From positions 230,907 to 294,906 of the forward strand of contig JAQGDQ010000025.1 of assembly GCA_030141605.1 (NCBI GenBank): a stretch of DNA of 64,000 nt. Direction: 5' to 3'. Origin of the DNA: Tubiluchus corallicola. Taxonomy: Eukaryota; Animalia; Priapulida. The notes beneath the pieces are model-generated. The model made no database searches, was not told the origin of the DNA, and was given only the letters and a program-made list of their open reading frames with translations. Positions 14,601 through 27,500 of this stretch are shown here, piece by piece; positions within the stretch are counted from its first letter, which is position 1; each line of letters opens with the position of its first letter. The position numbers and the translations under genes are program-made.

Positions 14601-15784
14601 AGTTTTAAAGATTGGAATGGTCAGTTGGATCGCCAGATTTTGCTCCTGAAGTTCGTCGATTCGAGATTTAACTGTATCACAGTATTTCGTAATACCATAT
14701 TTTCTTATGGAAAAATTTGCTTGCATGTTTGTATTGTTTGTATGTTTGTCCTTTTGATTTTTCTGTTCTACATAAATGGTTGAAATCCCAGTTACTGTGT
14801 AGGTAGCATTTAATTGCTGTGCTGCTTTTTCATAAATTTTACACACAATTAAATATTTCAGCCTTCCCGTAAACCGTGGTGGATCTGGCCGATATGGCGT
14901 AAGTGAAACAAATATTTTCAGTTTATATATACGTATAAGTGATGTACTCAATGGCTTTAGTCAAACGAATGACTTATAACTGCCTTGGTGTTAACTGGTA
15001 GTTTTCTCAGTTTTAATCTTTTATTAATCCATTGTATACCTGCTTTGGCAATTGGATTATCATTTGAAATTCATCAAATGTTACTCTCACACAGATTTAC
15101 TTTGTATACATAGTTTGTGAATATATTGTGTACATACTGTTTTTTTAATGTGTACATAATATATGTTTTTAGGTATGAGATGGTCATGTATAGTGGCTGA
15201 CAAGCTTTTACACATTATCGTTTTGGCAGAGAACAGCGCTATGACATTATTTATTACTTCATTGGTGTTTTGTTAAAAAAAAACAGATTTTAAGATTCGT
15301 TGCTTCTCATTCAGTGTTTCTTCTTTTAGGGAGGAGGTTATGGTGGCGGCGGTGGTGGCGGTGGAGCTGATGTATTGGGAAATATAAGTACTTTGTTGAG
15401 GTATGTTTAGTGACTTGTTATTTACAGACGAATTTCATAGTACGTGCAGGTACTGTTTGCATTACGATGAAAGATTTCTTGTGTCAAGTCTGTTTCGTAC
15501 TGTGCTTTACATGTTTTGTTTTATCTTGCTTGGTGTCGTTGAGTTTCAGACATAGTGACATGTAATAGGCAAAGCGTGTTGATTTTTATTAAAACTATTA
15601 TTTTATCAATTATAGTCAGCAGCTGCAACAACTTCAGCAGCTGTCACATCACCAACAGCTGCAGCAGGCTGCTTCAATGGGCTATGGTGGTTCCTATTCT
15701 GACGGGCGTTACGGAGGTCTTGGACAAAAGCGCACATCGACTAGTGGATATGGAGGCGGTTATGGCAAACAAGGTCGATACTAA
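5613..15784 (+). CDS. SAP-domain / acidic / 2x atypical RRM / RS-RGG-GY tail nuclear nucleic-acid-binding protein, paralogue A (15 coding exons, ~655 aa)
   Basis: Exons 5613-5742, 6474-6544, 6680-7190, 7329-7494, 7602-7726, 8021-8068, 8877-9012, 9635-9759, 10905-11062, 11691-11750, 12731-12839, 13877-13928, 14862-14898, 15330-15400, 15616-15784. All are GT-AG, phase-compatible, and sum to 1968 nt ending in TAA. SAP: DWEKLSIGVVRAECKNRGLATTGKKAEMVDRL. Exon 3 is D/E-rich. RRM2 KLVVTNLPKSTSEEMLKSMFSEA...TGLAVLVFESAKATEEA resembles a nucleolin RRM. RS exon ERSRDRSRSRRSP; tail ends GYGGGYGKQGRY. AATAAA at 16121. Confidence 0.88.
11780..12570. mobile_element. hAT-like non-autonomous DNA transposon (MITE) in intron 10 of paralogue A
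   Basis: TIRs CAGGGATGTTAC / GTAACATCCCTG, 8-bp TSD GTTAGAAC (11772-11779) / ATTAGAAC (12571-12578), subterminal CCGAAA repeats. A related copy is at 54542-55584. Confidence 0.85.
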
Positions 15785-16508
15785 GTTTGTATCGCACAAA
15801 CAGAGAAGTCAGATAACCGTGCTGCATCTGTAGTTACTGTGTTTATTTGGTTCAATAATTTGTGAGGATTTGTGTATATTTGTTTGCATAATTTCGAATA
15901 ATTATAGTTGGAGAATTTTGCTTGTACAGGAAGAGTTTGTGAATGAAGTGAAATGTTTTTTAAATGTACATTGCTCTGTCAAGAATTTTTTGATCCTGAG
16001 AACTGCAGTACATCTGTGCGTTTATAATGCTGTTACCTATTTTATTGTGCTTCATTTTCTGCACTACCTGTAATTGTTTTAAAGCAAATTTGGTGTAATT
16101 TTTTCAAAATTTCTGCACAAAATAAAAATCTCATATTTTACTTATGTGTTACTTCATTTTGTCTCTTGCGGTGTGTGCTACTTTATCACTGTAAAGCCAC
16201 CATGAAGAAGATTTCTTGTCTTAAGTTGCTGTTTTCATACACTAATAATTGCGTGACATGATATTACATCTTGAGTAGTATTGCCTATCACAAAATGTGG
16301 AAGAATCTTAAATTTTGGGATTGGCAGTTTAGCTGTTTTTCATAGAAGTAAAGTGATGGTTTTAGTGGTTAGACTGAAAATTGACAACAGTTGGTAATAA
16401 CGACAGCATTAAGTTATTAAAAAAACTTAAATTGTCAGCGTAAGTTTCATGAAAATCATTGCAATTTTAATTTAGGATGAGCAAGTTGCAAATTTATTGT
16501 TAAGCATA

Positions 16509-16650
16509 GCGAATATTAGTAGTAGTAGTAGTAGTAGTAGTAGTACTTCTTGATGTAGCTCTTGAGAACAGTAGAAGACTTGTTATTAACAATGAATATT
16601 ACATTCTCACTTATTAGGTAACTTGTTTAATAAAATTATTCATGATTTTC
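16509..16650 (+). repeat. Dispersed repeat containing a (TAG)n microsatellite, copy 1
   Basis: GCGAATATT-(TAG)n-TACTTCTTGATGTAGCTCTTGAGAAC...AATAAAATTATTCATGATTTTC, near-identical to ~33919-34131. Confidence 0.8.
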
Positions 16651-17156
16651 GTATGGACATATAAGTATTTAGACTTGTACACACTATACTGTTCAACTGT
16701 ACCATGAACGATCTTTAACAACTTTTTGCGGTAATTACTGCTGTTTTGTCACAGTTTTGTGATAGAAAATACTGAAGCAAATGATATTTGGTAAAATGCA
16801 GTACATCTTCCGTTTTTCAGCAACGCTTCACCCACATTTTATTGTTACACTTAGTTCGCTGGTAGTCAGCTTAGACCTAATAGGCGCAAAGCAATTTTAT
16901 GGTGATATTCACTGTTACTTAGAAATAGCGCACATTTCATTATAGGACTAATAGCGTTACAGCAAAGTAGAGCAAAACAAAAATCATAACAAAATAATGT
17001 TCAAGCTGCAGTTTGAGTTTTTGATAGAAATTGTGTACCTCTCATGTTATATAAATATTTAGAATTTTTCATATTATTATAACACATTGAATAACATGTG
17101 CACAATGACTGGTTTGTTTTTATGTGTCGTTTTTTCACGTCAGTAGGTCCAATTCA

Positions 17157-17500
17157 ATCTGTTGGTGACAATTTCAAAGTCTGTTCAGAATTTTGGTGAC
17201 AATTTCAAAGTCAGTTCAGAAATTTGGTGACAATTTCAAAGTCAGTTCAGAAATTTGGTGATAATTTCAAGGTCAGCTGAGTCTGATGGTGACAATTTCA
17301 AGGTCAGTTAAGTCTGTTAGTGACAATTTCAAGGTCAGTTAAGTCTGTTGGTGACAATTTCAAGCAAATTATCAGTTTTTTTATAATCTAGCGGTAGTTG
17401 CTCGCTGAACAGTTGAGTCTAATGGTAACAATTTCAAGGTCAGCTGAGTCTGTTGGTGACAATTTCAAAGCCAGTACAGAATTTTGGTTACAATCTCAAG
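17157..17500. repeat. ~31-bp degenerate minisatellite
   Basis: About 9 copies of GTCTGTTGGTGACAATTTCAAGGTCAGTTAA-like units. Confidence 0.8.
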
Positions 17501-18574
17501 CAAATTATGCATTAGTTTCTTCTAATCCAGCGATAGTTACACACTGTACTAAGTTGCATTACATTTCAGTTTTATTTATTTTATACAATGTCATTTCACG
17601 AAAAAATGTTGTTCAAATTGTATTGAACCGTGCAACATTACTTAAAATTTAGTTATCTAGTTTCACGATTATTAGGTAATAAATAAAAAGTGCAACTTTG
17701 TTCCAGACTTTACGGAAGTTGTCGGGAATGTTTGCTTATTATACATGTAATAGCGGCTTTGCAATAAAAATTCTGTAATTAATGCAGCATTAGTACAGCC
17801 AGTTCTGGTACAATAACTGGTTCCATGCTGGGCTAGTGCTGACTGCCTGAGTCTGGCCTTAATGAAACCTCAACACCACCAATTCTGGTACAGTAACTGG
17901 CTCCATGTTGGGCTAGTGCTGGATTCGTCTAAGCAGGTGGCAATTGTTACTGTGTTAAAGACAGTACATTTCTACCTATCAGTAGACGTTAACGCACAGC
18001 GTGTTATCTCAGACATGCGCACAACAGCCAAACACCACGTTGCTTGGGCTGTGAAGCAAAGTGTACTTCCCTGACGTGCTCCGGTTACCCACAAGTATAA
18101 AAAAGAACTAAAGAAAAAAGACACTATATTGAATATTATCGATAATCATGAGTGAAAACAGGGGATTCTGCAGTACCTATACACGAGCCGCCACTGGTTG
18201 GTTCACATAATGTCAGTTACGAATGATATCATTCTAGTTAACTTGTCAATACATTTTAATGACCATTATTTATATTGTAATAATAATTGCGCATTGAACT
18301 TGTTCTAAAAACACACTATTAAAAGATGTATTCGTGTCTCTCCTGTACCATGACAACACCGACTGCTTAGCAATTATGCACGTATATACAACAAAGCTAT
18401 TAATTTATGACTGGCGGTCCTGTGCTAAAACATGGCAACAAGTGTCGCAGTTTTTCATAATTATGAATATTGAATAAGTCTGTCGCTAAGAAGTAAATTA
18501 AAATATTTCATTAGTGTGGCTTATGGATTACGTTCTAATAATGTAGTTATAAATTATATCTTTTCTCACTGCAG

Positions 18575-21500
18575 ATGTTAGTCATGAAATCTGCAGGGCG
18601 TCGTTTACGCCCAGTAAAATTGATTCATATTCTTGTGTTTTTATTAGTAATTAAGTTTGCAAACTTACGAAAATGCTTCAATGAGCCGATGTCAAAAGGC
18701 AGAGCGTTCATTATTCCAGATAAGCGTGTTAACCTTCCTGCAGTAGCTGTGGTCAAGCCTGTCAGGTGAGAGCAAAACTAAAAAACTTTCGTTTTTAAAG
18801 AAATCTCTCTTGAGTAAAATGCGTGTATGAGTTGAAATAATAACATTTTACTTTGACAAAAACTTACAAGAACTGGACATTGAAGTTTAAAATATCCTTA
18901 ATTCGTAGGCCGTTTTGGTGTTTTTGTGCATAAAAGCTCGCTTTAAAAGCACCAAGGTATATAAAACAAAACAGCATTATTGTTAATTACAAAATAGTTG
19001 TGAAATCTTTTTTATTTAAAACCGTTTAGCGTCTACATAACTCCTTCAGGACCGTAAGCGCTTGTTACATTTTGCATGGGTTCATGAAAAATGGATCTCA
19101 CTAAACAGCGATTACATTATATTTGATAATTTTTGTCCGTTTCTACTCCTTACACAACGCAAAAGACCTTAATGCAAAATTTTATATGAAATCCACTTGC
19201 TTACATTGAAGAAATTAAAAATCGATTTTTGGCGAAAAAAATTGAGAAATGCTTTCAGTAACTGCAGTGTTTGCACTGTGAAATTGGCTAATGCAGAAAA
19301 TTTCAGCTATCTAGACACAACAATCTGATACACTTTGGCCTCAAGTCTAATCTATATTTAAGGAGAAATTCCTCTTAAAGGACAAGATAAGGGGTACCTG
19401 AAGTAGGTTTCGGAAGAATCGCCTAAAAAAATTATGCTACTATACAGCAATTTTATGCGTACGTCGTACTCGCGTTAAAAGGATTTTCTGTTTGTTTTCA
19501 TTTTAAATCTCCCGCAATACTGTTCTGACGGTGCCATTACATGACGTCACTATGCACCCCGTACATCAGGGGAAAAAAGGAAAAGTTAAAGTATGTCCCA
19601 AAAAAACTTACCATACAAATCTAAATTACTTAGCTTTTCGCTTACCTGCTAGAAAGACTTATGCAACTAGAAAAGAAAATTATTAATTATTTAAAATGTT
19701 TTCACCAATTGGTAAAATGTCGTTGACTCACTCTCCAGGGTGCACCACTCACTAACCAAAAACTTACTTTTAATGACAAGATACAGTAATTAAAATTTTA
19801 TTTAGTTAGTGACGTGTGTGCTACGAATGCTCTGATTATTTTTTCAAACTTCACACAATGTTATCTAAACTTGATTCAAATGACCTGTCGCCAAAATGGC
19901 TGCGTCTAACGGTCATCACGGGAGTTTAAATTTACATGTTTTATATAGCGTGACTGCCAATTGAAGTCCTGCATGCAAAAAGGCAGTATGTAAGTTATAT
20001 AAAATTTCTAGCTTTGTGTTTATGAAGGGTTTTTTGTGATGAGATGGAACGGCCTCAATTTCTCTTTTAGCTTATCGGTTAGCTTTTCTGGGACTCTGTA
20101 CAGCAGAGGGTCTTCTTGGGCTGTAGTAAGCAGCGGATCACTAAATTAGTGTGTACGATCACGCCAGTGTACACCAGACTAAGCTATTCAACAGACTAAG
20201 ATGGAGTGCCTGAATAGGGCATGATTTAATTAATTTTATCCAATTAAACCACTTATAAATGTTTAAACAAATAGCACGATAGGATAGGTGAGATTTCCTA
20301 AACAGAACAGTGCCTAATTTGTAATTATTTTGAATGGTGCGATCCTGAAGGAGTTAAATCACATAATTATTATGTATTTGTAATGCAAAACCGTAAGGAG
20401 TAGAGGGTCAAATGGACCAATGCCGTCCATCGGCTAATGTCAAGCAAATGCTGAAAATAACATAGATCATGTTTTAACAAGGTAGTGTAGACGTCACAAA
20501 AGAGAAGAAAAAAACAGCGTCTATACTACTTTGTTATTTTTAGTAAGCACTGTAGCTCGTCCGACATTAGTCTGTGTATGACTGTTGCCCTAATTGTTTT
20601 TTGAATCATAGTTTTTGCTTAATAAGCCTTTGCACGTACGCGTTGTACGCACGCGCAGTTGCTGTAGGTCAAAGGTTAAGTGTACCGCAGCAATGCGTCT
20701 TAACTACAGTAGTCACGTGACATGTGTGTAAAACTAAGCCTTCTACCGCATCATTTCAGTAACTTCAGTTGTTTTACATGGACTTCGTTTAAATATGGAT
20801 TTGCCTGGGAGTACAGAGATTTACTAGCAGGATCTTGATTGGGAACAAGGAAAAATAAACTAGGTAAGGTTCTAGCTAGCTGTTTAGTCTGCTGGTATTA
20901 CAATAGCATGGGCTGCGAGGCGTTGGCAAGTGAACACAAATGCGTTGTCTGGTTCACTTAATCTTTGACCTTTTAACGACCATCATTAATCGCTTGAACT
21001 GTGAAAAGGCTTATTAATTTGGGTAATCTTGTTTACGCATGTGTACTTCTATCGACTCGTATTCGCCTACTTTTATCTTATTGTTGTTATCTGGAAAAAC
21101 TTCTAGCCTCCGTCATGTCAAAATTGATGATTGTTGAATATCAGAAAGTACTGCATCGTATACTTGCCATACCATATAACTCTCATTTTACAATGACGAT
21201 AATGATTGACGATTGTTGAATATCAAAAAGCACTGTGTTGTGTGCTTGACATACCAGATAACTCTCATTCTACAATGACAATAACGATTGATGATTGTTG
21301 AATATCAAAAAGCACTGCGTAGTATACTTGGGATATCATATAACTCTCATTCCTCAATGACGATAACGATTGCTGAAACTGCCTCCTTTGAATTTTTAAT
21401 AGCTAAGAGAACGTTTAAACTCTTAGCATGTGTAAATCGGTCAACAAGTACTGTCTTAAAACCACTGTCACTTGTAAACATGTATTTCTACTTGTACAAC

Positions 21501-24500
21501 CCTAGGAGTGAATAGGACATTTATCGCGCAAAATATTTCCAATTTTAATAACTCTGCTCTTAATAATCGTGATATATTTGCTTACGAGTTGTGCTGACTT
21601 GCTGAAGGGGAAAACCACCTACCTGGCTTAGCGTATGTAGAAATTTGTCAGATTATAAAATCGGTTATTATTTTCAGCAATTAAGGTTTGCATGCCATCT
21701 GAAGTGCCTAAAATCAGTTATTTTTTTCAGCAATCAAGGATTGTCATGCCATCAGAAGTGTATAAAATCAGTTATTATTTTCAGCAATCTAGGTTTGCAA
21801 TGCCATCTGAAGTGTATAAAATAAATCAATACTTTCAGCAATTAAGGATTGTCATGCCATCTGATGTGTATAAAATCAATCATTATTGTCATGCCATCTG
21901 ACGTGTATAAAATCAGTTATTATTTTCAGCAATCAATGATTGTCATGCCATCTGATGTGTATAAAATCAATCATTATTTTCAGCAATCAAGGATTGTCAT
22001 GCCATCTAATGTGTAAAAAATCAGTTATTATTTTCAGCAATCAAAGATTGTCATGCCATCTGAAGTGTATAAAATCAGTTATTATTTTTAGCAATCAAGG
22101 ATTGTCATGCCATCTGAAGTGTATAAAATCAGTTATTATTTTCAGCAATTAAAGTTTGTCATGCCATCTGAAGTGTATAAAATCAGTTATTATTTTCAGC
22201 AATCAAGGATTGTCATGCCATCTGAAGTGTATAAAATCAGTTATTATTTTCAGCAATCAAGAATTATCATGCCATCTGAAGTGTATAAAATCAGTTATTA
22301 TTTTCAGCAATCTAGGTTTGCAATGCCATCTGAAGTGTATAAAATAAATCAATACTTTCAGCAATTAAGGATTGTCATGCCATCTGATGTGTATAAAATC
22401 AATCATTATTGTCATGCCATCTGAAGTGTATAAAACCAGTCATTATTTTCAGCAATCAAGGTTTGTCGCGCCATCTGAAGTGTATAAAACCAATCATTAT
22501 TTTCAGCAAACTAGAATGTGCGTATTGACCAAATTCCTCTCAGCAAACTACAACAGTGACAAGAAAGAATGTCAATATTTTGCTGAGGGCTTCGTTGAAT
22601 CAGAAATAAATACGGACAACGATCCTTTTGTAGATAAAGACGGTTGGGATGTAATTTACTATCATATAGGGGTATGTATAATGCATAACGCAACATCTAA
22701 TTAAGAAACGACTCGAAAAACAAGGAGGTAGTGGGAAGTGAATGGGTACTGTGTAATTAACACAAGGTAAATAGTAAAGCATAAATTCTTAATGTTAGGT
22801 TTTTTGGTTTTGGATTTCTATATTAATGTTTTATGAGCTATAAACAGTTGCTGGCTGGTTATTGCATGGCCTACTCATTTTATTCATTTAGCTGTTAATT
22901 ATTCGATTAGTGTAATTGTTGTTTTTGGTTTGTTCAACAAAATGTTGTTCAAGTTTATTTATTCATTCATTGATTTGTGTATCACCTAAAACGCTCGATC
23001 GGTGTCCCGATGGTCTTGGTCTTTCTGTCGACCTGTTAATGACTCAGTAACATAAAAGTTTCAAGAACAAGGGATAATCTAGTCTGTTCGTCTACCTGTT
23101 AATGCCTCAGTAACATAAAAATTTTAATAACAAGGGATAATCTAGTCAGTTCGTCTACCTGTTAATGACTCAGTAACATAAAAGTTTCAACAACAACGGA
23201 TAATCTAGTCTCTCTGTCGACCTGTTAATGACTCAGTAACGTAACAGGTCCAACAACAACGGATAATCTAGTCTCTCTGTCTACCTGTTAATGCCTCAGT
23301 AAGTTAATAGTTTCAACAACAATGGATAATCTAGTCTGTTCGCTTACCTGTTAATGCCTCAGTAACATAATAGTTTCAACAACAAAGGATAATCTAGTCT
23401 CTTCGTCGACCCGTTAATGACTCAGTAACATAATAGTTTCAACAACAAGGGATAATCTAGTCTGTTCGTCTACCTGTTAATGACTCAGTAACTTAATAGT
23501 TTCAACACCAAGGGATAATCTAGTCTTTCCGTCGACCTGTTAATGACTCAGTAACTTAATAGTTTCAACAACAAAGGATAATCTATTCTCTCTGTCTACC
23601 TGTTAATGCCTCAGTAACATAATAGTTTCAACAACAAAGGATAATCTAGTCTCTCCGTCGACCCGTTAATGACTCAGTAACATAATAGTTTCAACAACAA
23701 AGGATAATCTAGTCTGTTCGTCTACCTGTTAATGCCTCAGTAACTTAATAGCTTCAACAACAAGGGATAATCTAGTCTGTTCGTCTACCTGTTAATGACT
23801 CAGTAACTTAATAGTTTCAACACCAAGGGATAATCTAGTCTTTCCGTCGACCTGTTAATGACTCAGTAACTTAATAGTTTCAACAACAAAGGATAATCTA
23901 TTCTCTTTGTCTACCTGTTAATGACTCAGTAACGTAATAGTTTCAACAACAAAGGATAATCTAGTCTCTCCGTCGAGCTGTTAATGCCTCAGTAACATAA
24001 TAGTTTCAACAACAATGGATAATCTATTCTCTTCGTCGACCCGTTAATGACTCAGTAACATAATAGTTTCAACAACAAGGGATAATCTAGTCTGTTCGTC
24101 TACCTGTTAATGCCTCAGTAACTTAATAGCTTCAACAACAAGGGATAATCTAGTCTGTTCGTCTACCTGTTAATGACTCAGTAACATAATATTTCAACAA
24201 CAAAGGATAATCTATTCTCTTTGTCTACCTGTTAATGACTCAGTAACGTAATAGTTTCAACAACAAAGGATAATCTAGTCTCTCCGTCGAGCTGTTAATG
24301 ACTCAGTAGCTTAATAGTTTCAACAACAAGGGATAATCTAGTTAAAGGTGAAGGTATTTCAACCACTTTTGATGTGTATGTAACTGAACGTTACATAGCC
24401 CGGACTGACTGTCTATTTTCACACAGGTAACGGTGATCAGATAATAGGTCAGTGTCAAGCAATTGCTTCATAGAATGAGCGATTACCACTGTAAGGGGGG

Positions 24501-27500
24501 AAGCTAGAACAAACTAAATGTCTATTACTGTCTAGGTTCCAAGGAGGTAGCTATAAAAGCGGGGTTTCTAATGTGAGGTGGCTGCAGAGTAATAACAAAA
24601 ATGGTACAAGGGAAATATACCCCAAACTGATGCCGGTATTGAAAAGAGGCACCATTGGTCTATGGGGCGTCACACGCACCTATAATGAGCACATTCCTGA
24701 AAATAAGAGCCCTTACTTCATTTTAAATGATTACATATCGTAGTGTTGCCATTCGTGTAATTTGCAGCTGGAAGGGATGCCACTGGGCATGAGTGATGGC
24801 ACCATACCAAATGAAGCAATTTCTGGAACGGAACGTGGTGGATACCAAGCCAGATTAGAAGGTCCCGCTTACGGATGGTATACGTCTGCTGGAGCCGTGC
24901 TCACTATACAACTAGGAGGACCTCGAATCATCACTGGAATTACTACGCACGTATGTTTTTGTCACAATACAGCATTCTCACAAGTGCCCTCACGAATGTA
25001 GGCATGTTTGGTACAAGCAAATTTGGTACGAGGAAAGTTTGATACTGATTTGGTACTATGAATTTTTAGTACGTGGTAATTATGGTAGATGTAAATTTGG
25101 AATTGTCATTTTAAGTACAAGGAATTTTTGGTACTAGAAAAATGTGGTACGAAGAAAACATGGTACCAGGATTGTTTAGTACTAAGAAATATTGATACAG
25201 AAATGTTTTGGTACTAAAAAGATGTGGCGCGAAGAAAAATATGGTACCAGGATTGTTTAGTACTTAGAAATATTGGTACAAAAAAGTTTTGGTACTAGAA
25301 AAATGTGGTGCGAGGAAAAATTCGTACAAGGAAAGTTTGGTACTGGAAAATTTGGTACTAAATGAAAAAGGGAACATTTTTATACCTCAGCACAAAATAA
25401 TTGTTTCAAATAGAAAATAGAAATTTTGGCAAGATTACAACTATATATACCATCTGAGAAGGAAGCCTATATGTAAGCGATTAAACTTCCAATTTTATAT
25501 GAAACCAAAAACTAGTTTACATAGAGTTAAATGTATACTATGAAACAGGTTTGCAAGGGCAGATCCATGCAACCATGAATATACACTCTTACTCGAGAAG
25601 GGCCATACTGGCGTTGTTCTCCACATCAGTGACGTCATACTAAAACTTTCGCAGTGACGTCTTACTAAATTTCTTTTCCTTCACCGCATCTAGTGCATTC
25701 AAGTAGTTGAGGACAAAACTGTGATTTGAACTTAACGGACAAGAAAAGGGGTACCTAAAGTACGGTTCAGAAAAATCGCCTTAAAAATTATATTACATTT
25801 TTATGCGTATAGCGTACTCGTGTTGAAAGGATTTTTTGTTTGCTTTCATTTTAAATCTCCCGCAATACTGTTCTGACGCGCCATTACATGACGTCACCTA
25901 CGCAAACGTAAATCAGGGGAAAAAAGGAAATGTTAAATTATGTGCCGAAAACTTTTCTTATAAAGTTATATTACTTAGCATTTCGTTTACCTGCTTGAAA
26001 GACTTAAAAGACGTAACTAGAAAAGAAAATTATTACTAATTTAAAATGCTTTCACCAATTGGTGCGCCACTCACTAAACAAAAACGCATCTTTAATCTTA
26101 TTGACGAGATACAGTAATTTAAAATTTTACTTAGTTAGTAACATGCGTGCTACAAATGCTGCGATCATTTTTCAAACTTTACACAATGTTATCTAAACTG
26201 TCATCGTGGGAGTTTAGATTTACAAGTTTTATATACCGCTACTACCGACGCAACCCCTGCATGCAAAAAACAGTACGTAAGTGTTATAAAATTTCAAGGC
26301 GAATTTTTTAGCGTTATGTAAGTGGAAGGTTTTTTTGTGCTTTAACATTAAAATGGCTTCTGCCTGTTTAAGATAAGAAGTTGCTGTTGCCAATTTTGCT
26401 ACGTATGGTTGAGAATGTGCAACAATAAAATATAAAAAAATGTTCTTCGGTAGCAATAAGACTTTTAATGCAAATCATTCTTTAAAAAGCTGAACTGTTC
26501 CTTTAAACATTTTACACCTTAGATCGTATTTTTATTATTTTAACATCATTTAATTTCGAACACTCGTGAAAATAGTCTAAAATGGTTTTATTTATTTCTA
26601 AGTTTTCTAAGTTTCTATTTTTTACTGTTTAAATGGTAATACTATTTTAAAGGAAGACTCAATCTCATTTTAATTTACTGTCCAATATACGTCTTCTTGC
26701 CTATAAAAGTTAACAATCGTTACTTGTATTTGAATAATTAGCTTGGAAAATTAACGGCAACCGAACACAGCTATTGCTACGTTAGAAATTAACCACAGTT
26801 TGTGCAATGGCAAGCATCTTTCCTTGCGAGTCAAGCACGTTTGCGTAAGTGTTACAGTACTGTTTAAACACATGATGCCACAAAAATGGGATCTACGTCA
26901 TATGAGCAGTTTAGCACAGTAGTTTATGATCATGGTAATCACAGCATTGAGCCGCGCGCAGCTTTGAAAGTTTAACAAAATTTGAGTATCCGAGGTAATT
27001 ATTACTCAATCTAAGCTTTGATTTAAAAAAAGCTATTGTAGTTTTCAATATTTTAGAGCATTCTTTATCCTGAACTCGTGTTTACACAATCGTCTGGTTT
27101 TCTTTTAAGTAAACAAAAGGCAAAGTATCGACTAAAGCATTTACAAGTGACTAAAATTTAATTTCAAAAAAATATTAAATTTTCAGGGTTGTCGATCAGC
27201 GTGTAAAAATAACAGGTGGGTTTCACGATACACGTTATCATACAGCAAATCAAGCAATGCATCTTCTTGGCAAGATTATCTTACAAACGACGGATCCACC
27301 GTAAGTTGCATTCATAGACTACTGATAGTGCAGCTGATGGGTCAAAATTGGCTGTTCCTAGTGGGGGTGGGTCCAAGGAGTCTGACCCTGCTTTTCACAG
27401 TAACAGTTGCAACACACCAAATTAATGTTTTCTCTGAATTATAAGCATTAGAACGATTTGCTAAATCCTAAAGATGCCTTATATCTGTAAAAATCATATA

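Noticed and set aside
22526-22528. In-frame TGA as selenocysteine or readthrough (ECAY-U)
   Set aside because: Reading through stays in a frame that lacks the SANYN/ECQ motif and soon stops again; a frameshift explains it better.
21692-22704. 18-aa repeat proteins (MPSEVYKISYYFQQSRIV)n from the ORF track
   Set aside because: By-products of a 54-bp satellite with interrupted frames; no support as an independent gene.
23024-24341. CRISPR-like ~63-bp periodicity
   Set aside because: The whole period is conserved between units, so there is no repeat/spacer partition.
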